From the human T2T-CHM13v2.0 reference genome, Homo sapiens: a stretch of 64,000 nucleotides of DNA. The notes beneath the pieces were generated by a model. The model ran no database searches, was not told the origin of the DNA, and saw nothing but the letters and a program-made list of their open reading frames with translations. This document shows positions 27,361 to 44,897 of this stretch, in pieces. Where the stretch lies: NCBI RefSeq assembly GCF_009914755.1, contig NC_060933.1; one strand, written 5' to 3'. Made by a program: the position numbers and the translations under genes. The first letter of the stretch is position 1; each line of letters opens with the position of its first letter.

Positions 27361-28730
27361 TCAAGATAGTGGCTTGATAATTTAAAAAAATCATCACTTT
27401 AATGACACTAGACTCAGATAATTTTACAGGCAAGTTTGACTAAATCTTAAGAAACAATTTCTATTGTAAAACTATTTATAGAACAGCAAAATATAGAAAA
27501 CTAATTTGCTGTATAAACCAAGAAAAATCTTTTTATACCTAATCTCAGGAATGACATAACATTACTTCCGCCACATTCTCATTATGGAAGGACATTACAG
27601 AAAGGTGTGAATGCCAGGAGGCAGGATTATTGCAGGGCATCTTACAGCCTGGCTACCAACCATCAGAATAAAGAAAAGTATGTAATTATCCTTATAGAGG
27701 AAAGGAAAACATTAGAGTTTAAAATGTATTAATAAAATACTTAGGAATAGAAGAAGTTTTTATACTAATAGTTTCTAAAAATCTATAAGAAACATGATAT
27801 TTCATGGTGAAATTCTAGATGCTTTATCCTTAAAGTTAGAAACCAGACAAAAATGTTCCCTTCACTGCTACTAATCAAGATCGTAGCCTGGGTACAGTGA
27901 CTCATGCCTGTAATCCCAGCATTTTGGGAGGCCAAGGCAGGAGGATGACTTGAGCCTGAGAGTATGAGACTAGCCTAGGCAACATGGTTAAAACCCCATC
28001 TCTACAATAAATACAAAAATCAGCTGGGTATGGTGGTGCATGCCTATAATCCCAGCTACTAGGGAAGGTGATGTGGGAGGATGGCTTGAGCTCAGGAGGT
28101 TGAGGCTGCAGTGAACTATTATAACTTGCCACTGCACTCCAGCCTGGGTGACAGTGGAAGACCCTGTCCAAAAAAAAAAAAAAAGTATTGTAGAGGAAAG
28201 AAGTTCTAGCTAATGCAGTAAGACAAGGAAAACAAAAAGGCATAGGAATGAAAAAGAAGAGGCATAATTTTCTTTTCTTTTTTTTTTTTTTTCTGAGACA
28301 GAGTCTTATTCTGTCAACCAAGCTGGAGTACAGTGGTGTGATCTTGGCTCACTGGAACCTCTGCCTCCCCAGTTCAAGTGATTCTTATGCTTCAGCTTCC
28401 CAAACAGTTGGGATTACAGACGTGCACCACCACGCTTGGCTAATTTTTGTATTTTTAGTAGAGATACGGTTTCACCATGTTGGCCAGGCTGTCTTGAACT
28501 CCTGGCCTCATGTGATTCACCTGCCCTCGTCTCCCAAAGTGCTGGGATTACAGGCGTGAGCCACCACATCTGGTCACAAAATTTTCAACATTCGACATGA
28601 TAGGATTGTCTAAATAGAAAAATCCAAGCACACAATTAGACCTAATAATAGTTAGAGATACTAGTAGGTACACTTTCAACAGACTTACAGAAATCAAAAC
28701 CTTTACTGTAAATCATTTAGTCTACATAAT

Positions 28731-29177
28731 TGCTATAGTTTGGATGTAGTTTGTTCCTGCCAAAACTCATGTTGTAATTCGAGTTTTGATGTGGCAGTGT
28801 TGGGAGGTAGGGCCTAGCGGGAAGTGTTAAAGTCATAGGGGTGGATCCCTCATGGATAGATTAATGCTGTCTCTGTGGACTGGATTGGTTATCTGAGACC
28901 GGGTTGTTGCCCCTCACATTTGGTCTTTTTGTACATGCCCACTTCCTCTTCTGCTCTCTGCCATGAGTTGAAGCGCATGAGACTCTCAACAGATGGGCTA
29001 CCAAATTCTGGATTGCCCAGCCCCCAGAATTATAAGCCAAAGAAACTTCTTTATAAATTACCCAGTCTCACATATGTTTTTCTTCTTCTTTTGGGCAACC
29101 CCCTGGATAAGAATAGGTTCAGAGAGACTTCCCCAGTCTCATGTGTTTTGTTATAAGAGCACAAAATGGACTAAAAC
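28731..29177 (+). mobile_element. MST-type MaLR solo LTR
   Basis: TGCTATAGTTTGGATG...CAAAACTCATGTTG start. TTTATAAATTACCCAGTCTCA...AAAATGGACTAAAACA end. Confidence 0.85.
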
Positions 29178-29557
29178 AATAATTTTTAAAGGTCCCATTC
29201 AAAGTATCAAACAAAAATTGTAAGGTCCTGAGCTGGGTACAGTGGTGTATGCCTGTAACCTCAGCTACTTGGCAGGCGAATGGGGGAGGAACACTTGGCC
29301 CCAGGAGTCTGAGACCAGGCTGGGCAACATAGTGAGACCCATCTTAAAAAAATTATACAGTTCTTAAGTTTCAAAATATGTGTAAGAATGTTCTGGAAAA
29401 ATGTATGAAACATTTCAAGGATCATAAAGATCTGAATAAAAGAAAACATAAACTAATATTATAGATGAAATAAGCCAATATTTTAAAGCTATCAAGTGGT
29501 CTAAATTCATCATACATTTAAGCCATTCCAAATAAAATCTCAGAGATAGCTTTGAAC

Positions 29558-30059
29558 AGTGTCAGCTTAGCTGAGTAGGAATTTTGTTACCTAGACATCC
29601 CTTCATTGAATGGTTGTGGGTTAAGGTAAGCCATGAGAAAAAATTTTTGGGGAGATTGGAAGGTGGAGGTGAAATAGTAACCATTTTTATGCCCTGAAGG
29701 TCAGTATAGGGCCAGGCCCTGTTACAGCTCATGAAATAGCAGCTGGACCAGCTTTGTGTGGCAGCTCCATGAGGAAGGGTGCTGGCGTATCCTGCTGGTC
29801 ATCACGAAGGTTGAGGATAGTGACAGACAGACATGGGTTTGTCCTTACAGGTTCCTAATTATTCGTGGTCTTTCCTATTCATCTTCTTTCCCTACTGCTG
29901 GCTCTGGTGACTTGAGGTCTGACACCAGACATGGAACCAATGACCTTGCATAAAATGTTTACCTTCCACAATTGTATGAGGTCTCAGCCCTATAATAAAT
30001 CCCTTACCTATATCACTCGCAGTGGTTCTGTGTTTCTGATTAACCCCTAAACTAACACA
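29558..30059 (+). mobile_element. ERVL solo LTR (MLT2-like)
   Basis: TGTCAGCTTAGCT start. ATAATAAATCCC...GTGGTTCTGTGTTTCTGATT...AACTAACACA end. Confidence 0.55.
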
Positions 30060-31770
30060 ATCCCAAACAGAAATTTCATTGAAATTCACAGGCTAAAACA
30101 AAAATTAATTTGGAAGATGAAGAAGCTAAGAATAAGCTAAGAAAATTTTGAAAAAAAAATTGAAGAAAATGGGAGGGGAAGGGGAGGAGTCTTGCTTTGG
30201 CAGATATCAAGACTCATTAAGTAGCTATTTAATCAAAAACAGTGTGATACTGGCAGAGTGATGAAGCAGAAAGACTAATAGAGAAGAATAGAGAGCCCAC
30301 AAAGACTCCCAAACATACACGAAACATGACGTGTGATAAAAGAGACATTACAAATCAGGGAAAATGATGGCCTATTCCAATAAATGTTGCTGTGGCAACT
30401 GGATAGCTATATGAGAAAAAATTAAAATATGTCTATAATCTATCATACACAAAAATATATCTTAGAATAATTAAAGCTCTAATTACAAAAAGCAAAACTC
30501 TAAAATGAGTTATAGGAGACTATCATTCAGGATAGGGAAGAATTTCTATACAAAACACAAAAATTACAACTGTAAAGGAAGAGTTGATACACTTGACTAT
30601 ATTAAGAAATAAAACCCTTCTGAATGACAAAAGATACCCAACACAGTGTTAATATACAAATTACCTTTTGGGAGAATACTTTGCATTCTACACAATCAAC
30701 AAAGGGTTAGCATCCAGAGTATGCAAAGAATATAAAGAACTCCTGTAAATAACTGAGAGACAACTTCCTAACCAAGAAAAAAAAAAAAAGGAAAAGTGAG
30801 AAAAGATTATGAACAGGCAATTCCCGGAAGAGGGTGATCTGAAGAAGAAAAAATATGTGAAGATGATCAGTCTTACCAGTAGTCATAGAAATGCAAACTA
30901 AAATAAAAATGAGATGTTATGTCACACTCATCAGATTAATGAAAATTAAAAGTCAACAATATTAGAGTGTAGAGAAAAAGTAAACCTCACGCATTGTTAG
31001 CATATTTTGGAAGAGCCATTATAGGGAAAATGTGGTAGTTTTTGTGGAAGGTAAATATATATGTACCCTATCACCAGGTATACACCCTAGAGAAATGAGG
31101 ATTTCATTGCAGTATTGTAACAGCAAAAATGAAAACTGAAAGTCTGTCAAAAGAAGAATGAATAAATAATCAAGGGCTATTCGAAGAAAGAACATACCAC
31201 AATTAAATGAATGCGCCAGGCATGGTGGCTCATGCCTATAATCCTAGCACTTTGGGAGGCCGAGGCAAGAGGGTCATCTGAGCCTGGGAGTTCAAGGATG
31301 CAATGAACTATGATTACACCACTGCACTGCAACCTGAGTGACAGATCGAGATCCTGTCTCTAAATAAATACCTACATGTAGCAGTATGGATAAATATTAA
31401 AAACAGAATGTTTGAATTTAAAAAAGCAAGTTTCAGGATCATATGTACTACCTTTTATGCAAATTTAAAAAATACCTCCAAATAATAGCAAATATTGTTT
31501 ATACAGACACATATATATGTAGTAAAAATTTAAAAAGGGTTTTAAATGATAAACACAAATTTCATGACTGTGGCTACTTCTCAGGAAACAAGATCAGGGA
31601 AAAGTCCCATAAGGTTCAAGTGTAGATGTAACATTTAGAATAAAGATGCAAAAGTGATAGGGCAAAATATTAACATTTGTTAAATCTGTATGGTGGAAAC
31701 TGGTTTATGTTACACCTTTTTGTAGGTTGACATTTTTTGTTATAAGACAAAAGAGAAAAACAAATATTAG

Positions 31771-32140
31771 TGATACTATGGACTGAATGTTTGTTCAGTC
31801 ATCTCCACTATTGCCCCCAATTCCTATGTTGAAACCCTAATCCCCAGTGTGATGATATTTGGAGGTGGGGCTTCTGGAAGGTGATTAGGTCATGAGGGTG
31901 GAGCCCTCATAAATGGGATTAGTGCCTTGATAAGAAGAGACATGAGAGGAATGACCTCTCTCAGTCATGTGAGGGTATTGCTGTCTGCAAACCAGGACGA
32001 GGTTCTTCTCCACAAACAGAATTAGATGGTGGTGCCTTGATCTTGTACTTTTACCCTTCAGAACCATGAGCAATAAATTTCTATTTTTCAAGTCACCCAG
32101 TCTATGTTATGTCTTATAGTAGCCCAAGCTGCCTAGGACA
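31771..32140 (+). mobile_element. MLT1A-type MaLR solo LTR
   Basis: TACTATGGACTGAATGTTTG...TATGTTGAAACCCTAATCCCCAGTGTGATG...GGTCATGAGGGTGGAGCCCTCAT. Confidence 0.85.
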
Positions 32141-33775
32141 AGTGGGCACCTGTGGCTTCCCCGCCAGCCTCAACTTCCTCCCAGAGACTCTGAGGCTCTC
32201 CAGAGAGCACAGGCACATTATCTGGTTTTACCACTCTGAGAGACTTGTTCTACGTGCCTGTTCTAAAAAACTTTCATTTGGAGTTGACATCGTAGGTTGA
32301 GCAAAATTGGGATCTGCTGAAGTTTCCAGTCCATTTGGTGGGGAAAAAACTCATGTATTTTGCCCACTGGGAATTTCCTGTCCTCCTCCAAGACTGGCCT
32401 AGGACAGGCTGTGGCTCTGTATTCCCTGTGGGCTTGGAAACCAGAATGTCAAGTACCTCGTGTGCAGCCACACTGCTGTGTGAGTTCAGTCTGCCAGGTC
32501 AGCCTGAACTCACCTGGGCCTGACAGCTATAGCTTTCTTGGTCCCAGCACTGCCTTGGTATAGTCAGTGCATGGGATGACATGACTTTTCTCTTCCTTGC
32601 AGCTGTCACCCATCACCCTTTACCTCTATTCTTACTGCCTCACTCAAAACAATCTGGAATTGAGAACTATTTCTTGTACTTACCATCTATCTTGAAAATA
32701 GATACGTTATTCTCCTTTCTCTTCCTTTTCTCTCTTTCTCTGTTTTTGCAATTGCTTCTCTGGTATTAGCCCTTGAGCTTGTTCAACTTGTGTGTCCACT
32801 TCTCTCTGCTCTGTCCCAGTGCTCCATTTTTTCAGATTCCTCTTTTTACTATACTGCTGTCTCTGTGGCTTCCCACTGCATGTAAGTGAAGATCTGTGAG
32901 AGCTTCCCATCCTGAAGACCAGTAGGAAAACTGGAGGGAACTCTGAGTATGAGCTTCACATGCATGGAGGTGGAAGAACGTGATTGCAAAACAGCCTTAG
33001 CATTGTAGGAGCTGCAATCCCAGGAGATGGTAGCCATTGAAATCTCGTATCACTCAGTGGAATTGTATTCAAGACTTTATTGAGCTTTCAATCCTACCTA
33101 AGGCATTCTATTGAATAGCACTGTTTCTGTTTGCTCATAAATTAGTGGGATTTGGGACAAGATGGTGTATGAAGCTAAAATAAAGGTTTTCTTAGGGGTG
33201 CGTGATGATTCCAGGAACGTTGTTTGGGTTACTTAAGCAAGGATCCTCAGCCAGCTCTTCGGTTTCCAGCCCCTAGAGTCCAGTATTCATAGTTGAACCA
33301 GCTTATGATTTTTTTTTCCCCATGGAGGCACCTCCCTTTTTGCAAAGTTTATAATAGGATTTTGGATTTACTGGAGACTAAGAATCTAATGACCTAAGAA
33401 AGTTGTATCTTGGTATTAGGCTGATTTTTATAAATTATAAATTAAAGTAGCCATACTGAGGTTAGCCATAGCCTAAGTTACATGAACAGGGGTTTAAGAT
33501 GTCAGTGTTCTCATATTTCATATGACCATGCTGGATCTAAATGGAAATTTTGCTCAATGTGGCCACTTAAGGGAGAATATCACATCTGAGTTATTTAAAA
33601 AAGGCAGTTGTGTCTTCCCCTAACACTTTTATCCTTCCAGTGTTTCATAAGCATCTCTGTTGCCTGAAATGGAGGCAAACATTATCGCTGTCATGTCATG
33701 GATGCAGAGATGGTGCACAGACATTAATTGACTTTCACCTTGCAGGGCAGTGGCTGAGTCATTCAGGGTCACAGG

Positions 33776-33812
<37 letters not shown>

Positions 33813-34155
33813 CTTATTCTATAGGACAGCATCACCGCATGGTCTTTGAGTTAAAACGTCTACTGCTGATGGAGGCAGTCTGTCGGTGACCTTGAGTAAC
33901 TTTCACATTCTCTCTGGATGCCCGTTTTCTTGCTTTAAGTTTGGATAACAAACTCATACTTCTGATTTTATCCTTTTTAAAGAAAAATCAGAAATAATGG
34001 AACACCAGTGAATCTGAGGTCGGGGATTCCACATTATGTAGAAGCATATATCTCTAGGTCAGGAAGGACCCAAAAAGGGCAGCTGGTCTACTGGTCCTGA
34101 AATTTTGAGTCACAGAAGACTTAGTGAAGGAGTTAAAAAAAAAAATACACTTGCG

Positions 34156-34462
34156 GCCGGGCGTGGTGGCTCAAGCCTACAATCCCAGCACTTTGGGAGG
34201 CTGAGGTGGGCAGATCACGAGGTCAGGAGATCGAGACCATCCTGGCTAACACGGTGAAAACCTGTCTCTACTAAAAATACAAAAAATTAGCCAGGCATGG
34301 TGGCGGGCGCCTGTAGTCCCAGCTACTCAGGAGGCTGAGGCAGGAGAATGGCATGAACCCGGGAGGTGGTGCTTGCAGTGAGCCGAGATCACACCACAGC
34401 ATTCCAGGCTGGGCGACAGAGCGAGACTCCATCTCAAAAAAACAAACAAACAAACAAAAAAA
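34156..34462 (+). mobile_element. AluY inside a MER5-like relic (about 34090-34575)
   Basis: AluY diagnostics (GAGATCGAGACCATCCTGGCTAACACGG, AGAATGGCATGAACCCGGG). Near-TSD AAAATACACTTGC / AAAACTCTTGC. Confidence 0.88.
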
Positions 34463-35541
34463 ACTCTTGCTTGAGCTCCATCCCAGATCTACTGAAATGG
34501 AAAATACTAATATAGAGGGCCAGAATTCTGTAATTTTAAAAATCACTTTGTGTGGTCTGGTGCAGGTATAGAAACTGTGGCTTAAGTGGAAGCTTCCAAG
34601 TGCATGGGAGAGGGGACATCCTGTGGATTTGCTGAGGGGTCTGATGTGCAGTTTCAGTACACAGACCGTGGGACTAAAACTGCAACCTTCTTAAAGACAA
34701 GTGAGTCGATAAGAGATGGACTGGGCAGAGATGTTGGGAAACCCTGGACTTTGTTTTTGCCAGCGAGTCCCTGAGCTTAAGTGTGGAAGCTGGAAAGAAT
34801 GCTGAATGGAATGAAGCTCAGTGCCAAATAGCTGGGTAACCTTGAGAAAGTCACCCCCCGTTTCTTGGTCTCAGTTTCCTCATCTGTAAAATGAGGGTAT
34901 GGACTTGTTGATCTCTAAATTGCTTCTGTGATACTCGGTATTTATTAAATGTCCTTTTCAATGTGAAGATGGTATAATTTGAAAGCTGCTCATCATCTTA
35001 ATTTTTTGAAATGCTTTCTATGGACCCAGTGCTTGTCCACCTGAACCTGTTTTCAGCCATGGGCCTCCCCAAGCTATGCCCAGCCACTGAGTCAGTGTGA
35101 TTACCCATAGAACTCAAATCATTCCAAGATGATTCTCTGCATCTCAGGCTGGAAGAGCAACCTCTGAGAAGGTGAGGTTTGGAAGAAAAGGTGGTTTGGC
35201 TTGGAGGGAGTTAAGTATCCTACAAGACATCTCTGCTCTGGGTGAGGGTAATTCTATCTGCTGCCTGGTGCTTCAGAAGGTGACAGAAGAAGGCTCTAAG
35301 AACTGGCAAAGACAGAGCACTTTCCAGTTACCGTGCTCACCTTGCTGCTGGGTCATGGCCGCTGTTCACAGGAGAAGTGTGTAATTATAGTTGCTGGCAC
35401 CAGTGTTGGCTGCTCAGGCCCAAGCCTGGCCAATGAGAAGAGGCTTAGCAAAGAAAGATGGCCTCTGCAGCATCGTCTTTGTAGGCCAGAAATGACCAGT
35501 ATTCACCATAATTGGAAGGGAATTGAAAGGAAACAGTTTAG

Positions 35542-38258
<2,717 letters not shown>

Positions 38259-40364
38259 AAAGTTAAAAAATTGCAAATGTATATGAAATAAAATCAAATC
38301 TTCCTTTATTTCTCTCTTTCCAATTTAGATTATTTTTTCCTCACCTTCCTAATATGGTCAAGTGTAGGAATCCTAAAACAGTCTTTATTTCAATATACAC
38401 AGTAGTAACAAAATGTGATTTGGGCTGTCCTTAGCTTTAATTGTGTCTATATAAACTAAGCTGTGGTGGTTTATCAATCACTTCTGTAGCTTTTTGTAGC
38501 TTTTACAGCTGTGAGCTTAGAGAAAGTCCATTTATCTTAAGAGAAGTATTTGCTTTTTTGTAAACAGTGGTGCGTATATCCTGAACCATTTAATGGGAGG
38601 AAGGAGAAGAGAAAAGGCTAAATTGTAGAGCCTGGAAGTTTAATGTTGACTTATTTAGGTTCTGGGAGTCATTAGAGGCTTGAAGAGCTGTTTAGCAGGC
38701 CCTCTTTTGGAAGCTGCTGTTTTTAACAGGCTGTTAGAGTTGCGGGCTCTGGCCTTACCTTATACATGCAACACTTTCATTTGTGGAAGAAAGGAGTTGT
38801 GTGGAGAGAGGGCCTGCTTGGATGAAAGACTGGATGACCCAGATGTCTGGTCAGGTAGAGTGAGCGGTGTTAGGAGAGTTTGGTTGGACGATGTTAGGTG
38901 TTAGGAAGATTTGGAAAGGCTGGAGAATTGGCAGGAAGGCAGCAGCCTCCCACCTCTGCCATCCTGAAGGCACGCTGGGCCCCACCTCTCCCAGTTCATG
39001 TCAAGGTTTACAAGGGTCAGTGTGTTTGTGCTGTACTTGGCATTTTCACAAATTACTCTGTAGTTGTTTTTATTATTTTTATTCCAACTGTTGCTCCGGG
39101 GACTTTCTGGCAGCCAGGACTTCCAGGCCAGCTTGGAATCCCTTGCTAATTGACTCAAGCCATGAAAAGGTGCCATCAAGGCTGCTTTGAACTCTTGCCT
39201 GTTCTAGCGCTGGACAAATCCCAGGCATGCACCATAGGAAAAGCAATAATGAGACTCACACCTCCAAGTTTACAGTGCAAAACTTTGCCTGTTCAGGTGT
39301 TAAGCGCAGGGGTGAGGTGCAAGCCCAGTGGAACCAGGTTGGAAGAGTAAACAGACCTTGAGAATGTGCTTCCTCCTGGGTCCTAAGCAAGGAAGCCAGA
39401 CTAGGGAGGAGGGTTCACAGCATTTCCATCAAAGCCTGCAGTTAATAGCGTCAAGTTGACCCAAATAAATTCACAGATATCTGTTATTCCCTGTGTTTTC
39501 ACTTCACACCAGTTCTCCACAGATGCGACTCAGCTTGGGGGAAACTTGCCAAGAGGTCTCAGTGAGATTTTTCCTGTGAAGCTATTAGTTTTACGCCACT
39601 TCATAGAGAGAAGAATATAAAAGTAACCTTAAGAAGGTCTAGGGTGAAGGGGTACCATTATCAGGATGTAACTGATGTGTATTGCCACTGAAACATTTTC
39701 TGGTTTCATATTATTTAAAAGCTATGGCAAAGGCACCGTCAACGGAACAAAATACTTATTGACTTTTGTGAAACATCCCCTGATAGTAGAGTTTTAAAAA
39801 AGTGTTATAGCAACTGTTGTGTGAAATTGACTCTTATCTCCTCCAGTATAAGGTATAATCAGACTATCTTTCATTGATAAATTTTAATACTTTAACATGG
39901 ACCTAAATCCAAGCATACCCCTTAAAGTTATATCTTAAAGAAGGGTGTCTAGGCCAGGCATGTTGGCTCATGCCTATAATCCCAGTGTGTTGGGAGGCTG
40001 AGGAGAGAGGATTGCATGATGCCGTGAGTTCAAGACCAGCCTGGCTAACATGGTGAGACCCTTTCTCAGCAAAAAAAGAAATTTAAAATAAAAAGAAGGT
40101 GGTCTATTAGGTTTTTATTAGTTTAGCAGGAGAGATGAGTCAGTTGAAATCAGAAAACAGTGTGTTCACAAGGCTTGGAAAGATTGTCTCAAAATGTAAT
40201 CCTGGTACAGGGTGTGGTGGGTGGGGAGCCATGGCAGATGGAAGCAAAAGCCATAAATTAAAACAGATTTAAGAGACTTATCAACTAAATGCAAGTGTAG
40301 ACCTTGTTTGGATCCTGATTTGAACAAGCCAACTATAAAACAAACACAACATGAGATACTTAGG

Positions 40365-41256
40365 TGTGAACCCAAAAGTATCTGAGACAGGTCTCAGTTG
40401 ATTTACAAAGTTTATTTTGCCAAAATTAAGGGCACGCCCATGACACAGCCTCAGGAAGTCCTGAGGACATGTGCCCATGGTGGTCGGGGTACAGCTAGCT
40501 TTTATGCATTTAGGGAAACACGATACATCCATCAATACCTGTGAAGATTTACATTGGTTTGATCTGGAAGGGCAGGACAGCTCAAAGTAGGGGGCCTTCC
40601 AGGTCATAAGTAGATTTTATTTATTTTTGAGATGGAGTCTCGCTCTGTTGCCTAGGCTGGAGTGCAGTGGTACAATCTTGGCTTACTGCAACCTATGCCT
40701 CCTGAGTTCAAGGAATCCTCCCACCTCAGCCTCCTGAGTAGCTAGGATCACAGGCATGTGCCACCACACCCGGCTGATTTTTTTTTTTTTAATATTTTTA
40801 GTAGAGATGGGGTTTCACCATGTTGGCCAAGCTGGTCTTGAACTCCTGACCTCAAGTGATCTGCCCACTTGGGGCTCCAAAGTGCTGGGATTACAGGTGT
40901 GAGCCACCATGCCCAGCCTAGATTTTAGAATTTTCTAATTGGCAATTGGTTGAAAGAGTTATTGTCAATAGATAGGAATATCTGGGTTATGATAAAGGGT
41001 TGTGGAAACCAAGGTTTTATCATGCTGCTGAAGCCTCCAAGTAGCAGGCTTCAGAGAGAATAGATTGTAAATGTTTCTTTTCAGACTTAAGCTCTGTTTT
41101 GATGTTAATGATGGAGGATATAATGGGACATGTTTGAACCCCTCTTCCATTATGGCCTGAACTAGTTTTTTGGGTTAACTTTGAAATGCCTTTGGCTGGG
41201 AGGAGGGGTCCATTTGGATGGTTGGGGGGGCCTTAGAATTTTATTTTTGGTTTACA
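40365..41256 (-). mobile_element. MER4-family (ERV1) solo LTR with an internal Alu (40612-40918, -), inserted in an L1MC/ME 3' end (about 40190-41895, +)
   Basis: TG...CA termini. The reverse complement begins TGTAAACCAAAAATAAAATTCTAAGG. 4-bp flanks TAGG/TAAG. Confidence 0.85.
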
Positions 41257-41538
41257 TAAGGAAATAAGTACAGGGATATTTGATGAAATTAAGGGATTTA
41301 AAAAATTTGGATAGTAGTAATGTTAAAAGATTATTTTTAAGAGATACGTATTACAGATGAGGTATTTGTAGATGAAATGACGTGATATCTGTGATATCTG
41401 AAATTAAAAAAATATATCCCAAAGTTTCAAGGTAGGGGTTAAATGTATGGGGGCAGGAAGGGAGGTTAGAGATGAAATAAAATTGGCCTTGATGATTGTT
41501 GAAGATGAGCAATAGATACAGGAGTGATGGGTTCATGA

Positions 41539-41953
<415 letters not shown>

Positions 41954-42320
41954 TAATAAGGGTTTCCTCTCAAGTTGGGCATATAATTTTTACCTTTATT
42001 AAATTCATAATCGGACAAATCTCATTAGGCTCTTTGTAATCCTATGATTCTTTGAGTATACAATTCTGTTAAGTTGTGATCAGTTGACATACTGGTCATA
42101 ATAATCATTAGCACTAGTCCCACACTGGGGTTAGAGGGGCAGAAAAGGAAGGGACTATTTGCTGACTTTTATGCCAAGGGAGGAACATGGTCTGAATATT
42201 TGTAATGGGGCGGGGATTGTGGGACAACAGAGTGTTATACTTCTGGGCACTTACATAAATGTGGGTGAGAGAATAGTTATGGTTTGTGTGGTAAAGCTCA
42301 TTTTAAAGAAACTCTACCTC

Positions 42321-42617
42321 TGTATTAGTCTGTTCTCAAACTGCTATAAATAAATACTTGAGACTGGGTAATTTATAAAGAAATGAGGTTTAATTGGCTC
42401 ATGGCTCTGCAGGCTGTACAGGAAGCATAGCAGCATCAGCTTCTGGGGAGGCCTCAGGGAGCTTACAGTCATGGCAGAAGGCAGCCAGGCTGTGCTCCAT
42501 CCACCTTGGGCACATGTCAGCACCTCCTGAGGCTGTGTCACCGACATGCATCCTTAACTTTGGCAAAATATACTTCCTAAATTGACTGAGATCTGTCTCA
42601 GATTTTGGGGGTTCACA
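42321..42617. mobile_element. MST LTR fragment (-, 42321-42480) fused to a MER4-like LTR 3' end (+, about 42481-42617)
   Basis: TGTATTAGTCTGTTCTC...TCATGGCAGAAGG, then CACCTTGGGCACATGTC...GTCTCAGATTTTGGGGGTTCACA. Confidence 0.75.
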
Positions 42618-43033
42618 GTACCTCATGGGACTTAGAGGCTGTTGGATCAATAAAATGGTGCCATTTCTTTTATCTGACACTGTGAGCTTTGTGATCCATT
42701 AGCGCCTTCTGTCCATGGCAATTTAACTTCATGGAAATTACATATTTGTATACAAATTTCTTCTATTATACTGTGAACCCTTTGAGGTTAAGATTTTGTT
42801 TGATCTTAAAAATAAAATTGGCAGTTGGTGGCTTCCAATATGCTAGGCCCTCTGCCATGTCCTTATTAAGAAAGCTAAGATTTCTGTTTCCTTGGAGCTT
42901 CCGGTCTAGTCGGGAGACAAATCTTAAGCAAACTCACAAACAGGATTACAAGTTGTAGTAAGTGCCATGAAGCCAATAAAGGAAGAGAATATCAGGAAAA
43001 ACTAGATGAATTAATAAAGGAAGGCCTTTACTA

Positions 43034-44897
<1,864 letters not shown>

